Shown here in pieces: positions 60,401 through 64,000 of a stretch of DNA of 64,000 nucleotides. The notes below the pieces were generated by a model. That model was not told where the DNA came from. It did not search any database and was given only the letters and a program-made list of their open reading frames with translations. Source of the DNA: Carcharhinus amblyrhynchos (taxonomy: Eukaryota); contig OZ336885.1 of NCBI GenBank assembly GCA_965287045.1, positions 61,256,001-61,320,000 of the forward strand. Direction: 5' to 3'. Within the stretch, counting starts at the first letter, position 1, and the number at the start of each line of letters is the position of its first letter. The position numbers and the translations under genes are program-made.

Positions 60401-61436
60401 CCTATATCCAAGCAACTAAATGATGCAAACAGTATTTTCCTATAATGTATTCATGGATTATCTAGTTTGTTTTTGTTTAATCGTTTAACTTTATTTCGAT
60501 TTAATCTCAGAAATTACCACGATTTGAGCTAAATTCGTCTGCTTGCGATTTTATCTTAAACTTTACGATCACCCGTCCAGATTCATAGAATTCCTACAAC
60601 GCCGAAGGAGATCATTTCGCCAATCGAGTCCTCACCACAATCCAACAAAGTCCCAATTCCCGTCATCCCACATATGTAACCTGAGAATCCCACGACGCTA
60701 GGTTCAATTTAGCATTGACAATCACCCTAATCCGCACATCTTGTGATAACGATGTGGAGATGCCGGTGTTGGTGTGGGCAGAGTAAGAAGTCTGACAACA
60801 CTGTTTTAAAGTCCAGCTGGCTTATTTTGAATCACGAGCTTTTGGAGAGCTGTTCCTTCTTCAATAATGACTATACCACCCGATGAAGGAACAACACTCG
60901 GAAAGCTTGTGATTTCAAATAAGCGGTTTGGAATTTAACCTGCTGGTGTGAGACTTCTCACTTTATCTTAGGTTAAACCAATGGACTTTAGGAAGAAACA
61001 ACAGCACCGAAGGAAATCTACACAGACACGTATGAAATGTGAAAACGCCACACAGTCAATAACCCGAGGCCGGAATTGTACCTGAATCCCTGTTGATGTG
61101 AGGGAGCAGTGGCACCATGCCACCGTACCGCCCCGGAACATAAGCTACCAGGCCGGAGCTATTGTCTAGATTCTATCATTGTCCTTTTTGGTAACATTTC
61201 ACTTTAACAATCTATATTGTCTCTGCAGTCGCAAACTGAATTGTCTATATGAGGTAAACACTATTTAATAGTCTGATAAATTACTTCCTTTCAAAAATGT
61301 GGGCGCCAAACTAAAAAAAACCCTTCAACAACACAAATTCATTTTATGAGTTCTAAAAATGTCAACTGCTTTACATTTGGTTGTCAAGAAATATTTGTCA
61401 AATTGTTACCTTTTCCTTTCGCATCTAACCTCTCCG
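397..61436 (-). CDS. Partial multi-micro-exon gene (19 predicted phase-1 exons) encoding a coiled-coil segment; start and stop lie outside the window
   Basis: Spliced translation: xERLDAKGK-ENDEHRRKC-DYEELKKKC-KEDQETNES-EIKVLKEKAKLL-DKIKK-ELEVKENLD-DEEAREKRS-EEQLRKKNN-KRTNVQALLADC-LARLLAVLP-EMQYLKNQLETK-EERLMAQSN-EIEKLKTDVEDN-QFAMTTYQS-AVEKLKRKVKDL-DNQLYQTDS-ECQQLKKNLEEK-ESIFTMKDK. All exons have a YAG acceptor and a GT donor (one GC), lengths divisible by 3, and an open phase-1 frame. Exons 14381 and 2719 are open only in phase 1. Confidence 0.85.
2719..2754 (-). CDS. Micro-exon, 36 nt (ECQQLKKNLEEK)
   Basis: atattgatccctag|AATGCCAGCAATTGAAGAAAAATCTTGAAGAAAAAG|gtacat; stops in both other phases. 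Confidence 0.82.
4262..5092 (+). mobile_element. Degenerate CR1/HER1-type LINE 3' fragment
   Basis: Translates to NCEVIHVGRK...KDLVVHVHESQKV...KTNRILSYIAKG (CR1 ORF2 C-terminus) and ends in a CR1-type tail. A short opposite-strand LINE/SINE tail is nested at about 4808-4856. Confidence 0.8.
5121..5147 (-). CDS. Micro-exon, 27 nt (DNQLYQTDS)
   Basis: gtcttgtttgcaatag|ATAATCAATTGTATCAGACGGACAGTG|gtaaga. Confidence 0.85.
5985..6256 (-). mobile_element. HE1/V-SINE-type tRNA-derived SINE
   Basis: Minus strand has ACAGTGGTTAGTACTGCTACCTCACA (A box), GGTTCGATTCC (B box), V-domain-like core and LINE-derived tail. Confidence 0.85.
6490..6525 (-). CDS. Micro-exon, 36 nt (AVEKLKRKVKDL)
   Basis: gtttgcattcacag|CTGTTGAGAAACTGAAAAGAAAAGTCAAAGATCTCG|gtaggt; shares GAGAAACTGAAAA with exon 14381. 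Confidence 0.88.
11189..11363 (+). promoter_or_regulatory. Candidate Pol II promoter, antisense to the micro-exon gene
   Basis: GGGCGGGG at 11189, G runs 11222-11263, CTGATTGG (reverse CCAAT) at 11275-11282, TATATAAAAG at 11322-11331, Inr-like CTAGTTC at 11357, in canonical order. Confidence 0.5.
12185..12470 (-). mobile_element. Degenerate CR1-type LINE 3' fragment
   Basis: Minus strand resembles the CR1 ORF2 end (FPPNMGESKTR..., ECLERDARD) as in the younger copy at 30 kb. Confidence 0.6.
13663..13689 (-). CDS. Micro-exon, 27 nt (QFAMTTYQS)
   Basis: ttatgtttttgtttag|AATTTGCGATGACAACTTATCAAAGCG|gtaagt. Confidence 0.88.
14381..14416 (-). CDS. Micro-exon, 36 nt (EIEKLKTDVEDN)
   Basis: ctctttttttgtccacag|AAATCGAGAAACTGAAAACAGATGTGGAAGATAATC|gtaagt; stops in both other phases. 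Confidence 0.9.
14533..14725 (+). mobile_element. Degenerate V-SINE
   Basis: GGCAGAGTGG...CTGCCTCACAGCGCCAGGGAACGCGGTTCAATT head followed by the core. Confidence 0.75.
16638..16664 (-). CDS. Micro-exon, 27 nt (EERLMAQSN)
   Basis: atgttctttcttatag|AAGAACGATTGATGGCTCAAAGCAATG|gtatgt. Confidence 0.88.
16936..17070 (-). mobile_element. CR1/HER1 3' tail fragment
   Basis: Similar to the 3' end of the LINE at 29857-30000. Confidence 0.6.
19811..19846 (-). CDS. Micro-exon, 36 nt (EMQYLKNQLETK)
   Basis: caattgtatgccacag|AAATGCAATATTTGAAAAACCAACTTGAAACTAAAG|gtaact. Confidence 0.88.
20500..21880 (-). mobile_element. Highly degenerate CR1-type LINE fragments
   Basis: 20640-20930 matches the CR1 C-terminal region; 21700-21830 resembles the PGPDG..PR..LREAREE motif region. 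Confidence 0.55.
22999..23660 (-). mobile_element. RTE-clade LINE, 5' UTR plus endonuclease N-terminus (frameshifted)
   Basis: LTIGTWNVRTLLD / ADRPERRTALVARELARCNIDIAALSETRLA...GGGYTFF, then GFAV...PKGVNDRHMTLQL...ATLISVYAPTM. Confidence 0.9.
25190..26200 (-). mobile_element. Degenerate CR1-type LINE (RT to 3' end)
   Basis: Minus strand shows GVPQGSVMGPL- and KFADD-like motifs around 26000-26110, followed by CR1 C-terminal sequence. Confidence 0.75.
26950..27088 (-). repeat. Penelope-like terminal repeat fragment
   Basis: Minus strand CTGAAGAAGGGT...(G)GAAC...TTCTCAGATTCCAACATCCACAGT; related decayed copies near 35060-35150, 54640-54720 and 58020-58220. Confidence 0.45.
28629..28655 (-). 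CDS. Candidate micro-exon, 27 nt (LARLLAVLP)
   Basis: cttaacagtttcag|TGGCTAGACTTTTGGCCGTCTTGCCTG|gtaaga; fits the 27/36 alternation and RL motif, but has a weaker acceptor and a terminal Pro. Confidence 0.55.
29585..32020 (+). mobile_element. V-SINE split by a LINE insertion (head 29585-29855, tail 31908-32020)
   Basis: Head GGCGGCACAGTG...GCTGCCTCACAGCGCC; tail TTCTCCCTCAGTGTACC...TTCACAGTAGCTTCATTGCAG...AATAAA, matching the SINE tails at 46780 and 49670. Confidence 0.75.
29857..31907 (-). mobile_element. Young 5'-truncated CR1/HER1-type LINE, ORF2 reverse transcriptase with few frameshifts
   Basis: ORFs 31303-31872, 30684-31496 and 30027-30680 give KSPGPDG, NYRPVSLTS, LDFQKAFDKV, GVPQGSVLGP, KFADD, EYCVQFWS; (CTTATGTT)-type 3' tail at about 29858-29875. 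Confidence 0.96.
34430..34745 (+). mobile_element. HE1/V-SINE
   Basis: GCACGGCGGCACAG head, GGTTTCGATTCC B box, TCCGGGTGCTCTGGTTTCCTCCCACA core, GGCCGAATG tail. Confidence 0.85.
35260..35724. mobile_element. Solo LTR-like element, inverted copy of 48787-49255
   Basis: Reverse complement aligns colinearly with 48787-49255 over about 460 bp; begins TGTTA, far end decayed. Confidence 0.75.
36226..36450 (+). pseudogene. Degenerate PIF/Harbinger (HARBI1-like) transposase fragment
   Basis: SGVIEGS...ARRCIQEVTDDLF...HIH, frameshift, then RAAGFAAINRMSNLQGATD, matching the Harbinger SGSFQ...RCI.EVT.AL...GF..IAG.P...GAID region. Confidence 0.8.
36540..37460 (-). pseudogene. Probable decayed Harbinger partner (Myb/SANT-type ORF2) C-terminal region
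   Basis: GC-rich coding-like tract convergent with the transposase; frameshifted coiled-coil peptides (KMLEMQHLNEGMRE, MAQGLESLA, QSLA-SQQ). Identity inferred from its position. Confidence 0.5.
38858..39190 (-). mobile_element. HE1 SINE, near full length
   Basis: Minus strand ACAGTGGTTAGCACTGCTTCCCAGCTCCAGGGACCTGGGTTCGATTCC...GCATTGTAGGATTCTATG; closely resembles 45872-46200. Confidence 0.9.
41280..41315 (-). CDS. Micro-exon, 36 nt (KRTNVQALLADC)
   Basis: tttttttatatatcag|AACGAACAAATGTGCAAGCATTACTTGCAGACTGTC|gtaagt; hydrophobic at positions 5 and 9 as in other 36-nt exons. Confidence 0.7.
43730..43756 (-). CDS. Micro-exon, 27 nt (EEQLRKKNN)
   Basis: tttataatttgaaacag|AGGAACAGCTGCGAAAGAAAAACAATA|gtaagc; Leu at position 4 as in other 27-nt exons. 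Confidence 0.7.
45236..45615. mobile_element. CR1 3' tail (minus, 45236-45320) abutting a decayed SINE (plus, 45325-45615)
   Basis: AACATAAGAACATAAGAAATAGGAGC matches 29858; TGGTTAGCACCGCTGCCTCACAGCGCC SINE head. Explains the 236-aa ORF 44905-45615. Confidence 0.8.
45872..46200 (+). mobile_element. HE1 SINE, near full length
   Basis: AGTGGTTAGCACTGCTGCTTCACAGC, GGTTCGATTCC, core and CTGCACTGTAGGGTTTCTATG tail. Confidence 0.9.
46598..46840 (+). mobile_element. V-SINE
   Basis: A/B-box head and AACTTCATTGCAGTATTAATGTAAGCC tail. Confidence 0.8.
48115..48141 (-). CDS. Micro-exon, 27 nt (DEEAREKRS)
   Basis: ttcttctgctttaacgtgtag|ATGAGGAGGCACGAGAGAAAAGATCAG|gtatca; resembles exon 53638. Confidence 0.8.
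48787..49255. mobile_element. Solo LTR, 469 bp, with 4-bp target-site duplication
   Basis: Termini TGTTA...TAACA, flanked on both sides by GTGT (48783-48786 and 49256-49259); second copy at 35260. Confidence 0.8.
49354..49380 (-). CDS. Micro-exon, 27 nt (ELEVKENLD)
   Basis: ggtattcttccag|AACTTGAAGTAAAGGAAAATCTTGATG|gtgagc. Confidence 0.75.
49490..49785 (+). mobile_element. Degenerate V-SINE
   Basis: TGGTTAGTACTGCTGCCTTACAGCTCC...GTTCGATT head and AACTTCATCGCAGTGTTAACGTAAGG tail. Confidence 0.75.
49955..50175 (+). mobile_element. Degenerate LINE 3' tail (CR1/L2 group)
   Basis: Resembles decayed tails at about 11835-11950 and 3060-3130 (AATTAGGGATGGGCAA-like motif). Confidence 0.45.
51202..51216 (-). 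CDS. Candidate micro-exon, 15 nt (DKIKK)
   Basis: tgtaacttggtttccag|ACAAAATCAAGAAAG|gtaaag; phase 1-1 and charged, but short enough to arise by chance. Confidence 0.5.
51520..52500 (+). mobile_element. Degenerate Rex1/Babar-type LINE (RT C-terminus and 3' UTR)
   Basis: LNTGDPQSCFFSPLLCSLYTCDCV...FQFAGDT, NVNKTKEIVIDY, MFKDPSYPGHFLFHLLPSG...NRLKNIFFPAAV. Confidence 0.85.
52712..52747 (-). CDS. Micro-exon, 36 nt (EIKVLKEKAKLL)
   Basis: ttttcttatttttcag|AGATAAAAGTGCTCAAGGAAAAAGCCAAATTATTAG|gtgagg. Confidence 0.88.
53638..53664 (-). CDS. Micro-exon, 27 nt (KEDQETNES)
   Basis: ccgttatcttgcag|AGGAGGACCAAGAAACAAATGAGTCAG|gtaaaa. Confidence 0.85.
54745..55025 (-). mobile_element. Degenerate HE1/V-SINE
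   Basis: Plus strand GGAGGAAACCGGAACAGCCAGAGGAAACCCAC...AATCGAACCC is the reverse complement of the SINE core and B box. Confidence 0.75.
55402..55428 (-). CDS. Micro-exon, 27 nt (DYEELKKKC)
   Basis: cttcttaatgtttag|ACTACGAGGAGCTTAAGAAGAAGTGCA|gtaagt; resembles exon 58583. Confidence 0.85.
56571..56646. repeat. (GAA)~25 microsatellite within a purine-rich tract starting near 56377
   Basis: Direct inspection; accounts for the poly-E, poly-L and poly-S ORFs. Confidence 0.97.
58583..58609 (-). CDS. Micro-exon, 27 nt (ENDEHRRKC)
   Basis: ttttttgatgtttag|AGAACGACGAACATCGGAGAAAATGTG|gtgagt. Confidence 0.85.
59085..59260 (+). mobile_element. Degenerate V-SINE head
   Basis: GGCACGATGGCACATTGGATAGC...GTTCAATT...TCTGTATAGAGTTTGTGCATTCT. 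Confidence 0.6.
60584..61135 (-). mobile_element. HE1 SINE interrupted by a fold-back insert (about 60745-60965)
   Basis: SINE tail 60584-60742 and SINE core/head 60975-61135 flank a different repeat. Confidence 0.75.
60781..60963. repeat. Imperfect inverted repeat (about 83-bp arms), Penelope-like pLTR type
   Basis: 60781-60863 aligns with the reverse complement of 60881-60963. Confidence 0.75.
61410..61436 (-). CDS. Micro-exon, 27 nt (xERLDAKGK)
   Basis: gtgtattccttaacag|CGGAGAGGTTAGATGCGAAAGGAAAAG|gtaaca. Confidence 0.8.
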
Positions 61437-62789
61437 CTGTTAAGGAATACACGAAAAATTGAATAAAGGAGGGATTTTTGGAAGCATAGATAAGGTTAGG
61501 ATCACTTATATTAAAACAAAAGGCTGATGAAAAACAGGTACGTGGGCCTAAATTGCAGGTGCTGTTCGCGAACGTATATTCACTGAAATCCCACTTTCCA
61601 GATTTTCTTCTGCTTAAAGGCAGGCTACGATTTTGTCCTGCGTAACTACACACCTAACTGGATGTGGGAAGAAATTCTGTTGTTACGTGGTTAAGACAAG
61701 ATTTTGAATACACTGTCAGATAACTAAAAAAGAAACCTGACATTGTAAATATTGTTGCATTGTCCGTGGGCTGCAGTGCACTTCATGCTCTGTCATATCG
61801 TTCTAAGTCTATCTGAATCAGAAAAGTCAAACATGTCACTAAGCCATCTTGCAGTCTTAACTCAGCTGATCAGGCGAGCAGCCACACTCAGAACTTTCTA
61901 TCACATATTAACACATGACACCCCGAATGAATGAACAATGCAATAACCTGCAAAACATGGAAGGGAAACAACGACCCACATTGCCACATTTACATCTAGC
62001 AATTGAGCCAAAACCAATACCCACCTCATTCACTTTCATGCTGAACGAATCTCCAACATTTCTAAATAATTAATTCAGTTATCAAACCTAAACACCTGCC
62101 AACTGTATCAAAAACATAATCGAGAACAATATCATTCACTTATACACCACACCCAGCTTACAAGAAGAGGCACCACCCGTCCTAACCCTCACCCCCCCAC
62201 CTCATACAGCACTTCAAATTCACAACCACCCAGCTAATACACTATCACCTGAAATAACCACCAGTCATTAAGCTGGACACTACTTAAAATGCAGACAATG
62301 AGATCCACTTATCCCGCTTATCCAGCTACATGTTTTTTTTCTCAGTTGCAACAGGCAACCTGACCATTCATTCCCTTGCCAAGGTCCGTCCGCAAACATT
62401 CATCCATTCACCCAGTCATCAAACCAGTAACACTCAATGGCTGTTCCTTTAATTGACCAATCTCAGTTCTTGTCATAAGAAGTCAGGATTTAATGTTATT
62501 TCGCCGTCTTCAATCCACTCAGATGGAGTTCTGCATGGGATGCTATTATATGCATTTCTCTCAGACAAGAATTTGTCGGAGAAAAATGCAAACAATCACG
62601 GAGTCGATGAAACTTAGAAGCTTTAATTTCAATGTTTAGAATTGTCGAACCAATGAGTGTTTAATTGGACAGTTGTGCGAGCGACAGTTGGTTTTATGAC
62701 TTGTTCGGTGAATAATGTTGATTTTGTTGTTTATTTATTCGTGCACAGCCTTACAGTATGAAAGGGTGTATGCAAAAAAAAAATGCTTA

Positions 62790-62905
62790 AATGGACGACA
62801 CAGTGGACTGCTGCATCGGACTGCCACGATCCCTGGTTCGATTCCGGTCCTGGGCTGTCTGTATGAATTGCATGTTAGTTAGATTGGCCATGCCCAATTG
62901 TCATT
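62790..62905 (+). mobile_element. SINE fragment
   Basis: GACACAGTGG...CCTGGTTCGATTCCGG...GATTGGCCATGC. Confidence 0.65.
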
Positions 62906-63469
62906 TGGTGACCCAGACTTGTACAGCACATCCAAGGTAAATGTTCAAAATTACGGAGACCACACGGAAAGACATTCCTGGGCGTGATATTCTTTGAGAA
63001 ATTATGTCCTGACTGGACGGCAAATGTTTGCATTGCAGGGAATTACTTTTTGTCTGAATTCTAGGATAATGGTGGAGGAAGGCAGGGACACTGTAAAATA
63101 CATGATATGCTATTTATTGCAATGCAAATATTGTGAAATATGGAATATGATCAGAACAACCAGCTGAACGTTACATTTTGCTATCCTGGTTTGCTCGTGG
63201 CCTGTTGGTATGGGGAGGAGTACCTCACTTCTGATGGGAGAAATATGACTACCCTTAGGGAGGAGGCCAGGTAGTCAAATTATCTCTCGTACTTTAAGGT
63301 TTGTTTGGTTGCGTAATTTGGGTAACAGAGCTACCCTGGTTGATCAGCAGCTTAGGGTGGTGCATGGAGAAAACATTATTTCAGTTCGGGAGTAAACAGC
63401 TTGTCGCGCGGCACGGGTTCAAATATTTTTAGTGGCAGATGCATTGTCAGCTCAGCTTGCAGTTGCAAA

Positions 63470-63660
63470 TCCATAGTATAATAGTATACTTCCAGTTAGT
63501 CAGGAGGTTGACAGGTGTGCTGTAGAGACGGAGGGACTATGTGTTTGCTGCTTGAGTGGAGCAACCGTTTCAGATAAGACTTGCATTTTATTTGAAAGGA
63601 AGGCTGTAGTAGAGAGGTTTCGGGTAGGTAAGTTACATTTCCACAAACAATACTGCCATG
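63470..63660 (+). mobile_element. Possible highly decayed CR1 ORF1 (esterase) fragment
   Basis: CVCCLSGATVSD..ILFE resembles the CR1 ORF1 VCCLPGA.V.D motif. Confidence 0.35.
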
Positions 63661-64000
63661 CAAGGACCAGCAAATCACTGTCTCTGAGAACAGACAACTT
63701 AAGTTTGTCCATTTTTCCCTGGAAAGGTGCAATATAACTACTGATTTTTTTTTCTTTCATTTCTCTATTCAATATCAGAAATTAGTTTGCTACACCTATA
63801 GTCTTTGGAATTGCTGAGTTTTTAGTGTGCACAAGGATGTTTTCTACAGTTAGCCGTTGGAATATTACCCACACTGCATTCATGTTATTCTTTCCATTGC
63901 ATTATAAATTTGATCGTCATCTTCCACTTGATTTTAAATCTATGCCACAGTTGGGTGTTATCACATATTTTCCTGCAGCACCACAAGGCACTCCCGTTCA

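Noticed and set aside
397-61436. Assigning a gene symbol such as BTN, BG or MOG to the micro-exon gene
   Set aside because: Only the exon architecture is similar; no diagnostic domain exon is present in the window
5985-62905. tRNA-like A/B box sequences
   Set aside because: All are SINE heads followed by SINE core; no complete cloverleaf tRNA gene seen
1-64000. Conserved vertebrate miRNAs, rRNA, CRISPR arrays or prokaryote-type systems
   Set aside because: No mature miRNA I recognise, no rRNA, no regular repeat-spacer array; the sequence is intron-rich eukaryotic DNA (manual scan only)

Overview
AT-rich vertebrate genomic DNA, almost certainly from a cartilaginous fish: it carries many HE1/V-SINE-type tRNA-derived SINEs, HER1/CR1-type LINEs, RTE and Rex1/Babar LINE fragments, a Harbinger remnant, a solo LTR and Penelope-like tails. 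None of the ORF-track ORFs is a host gene. Reading the minus strand for splice signals reveals a hidden gene spanning the whole window and running off both ends. I found 19 micro-exons by eye (12 x 27 nt, 6 x 36 nt, 1 x 15 nt; 555 nt in about 61 kb), all phase 1-1 and open in the same frame. They splice to about 185 aa of charged coiled coil. From 43756 down to 397 the exons alternate strictly 27/36 nt, so each pair encodes 21 aa, exactly three heptads. No exon ends in T, so any exon skipping stays in frame and creates no junction stop. The architecture resembles butyrophilin/BG heptad-exon tails, but no Ig, transmembrane or B30.2 exon is in the window, so the gene's identity is unresolved. 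Exon calls are manual predictions without RNA evidence, and repeat boundaries are approximate.
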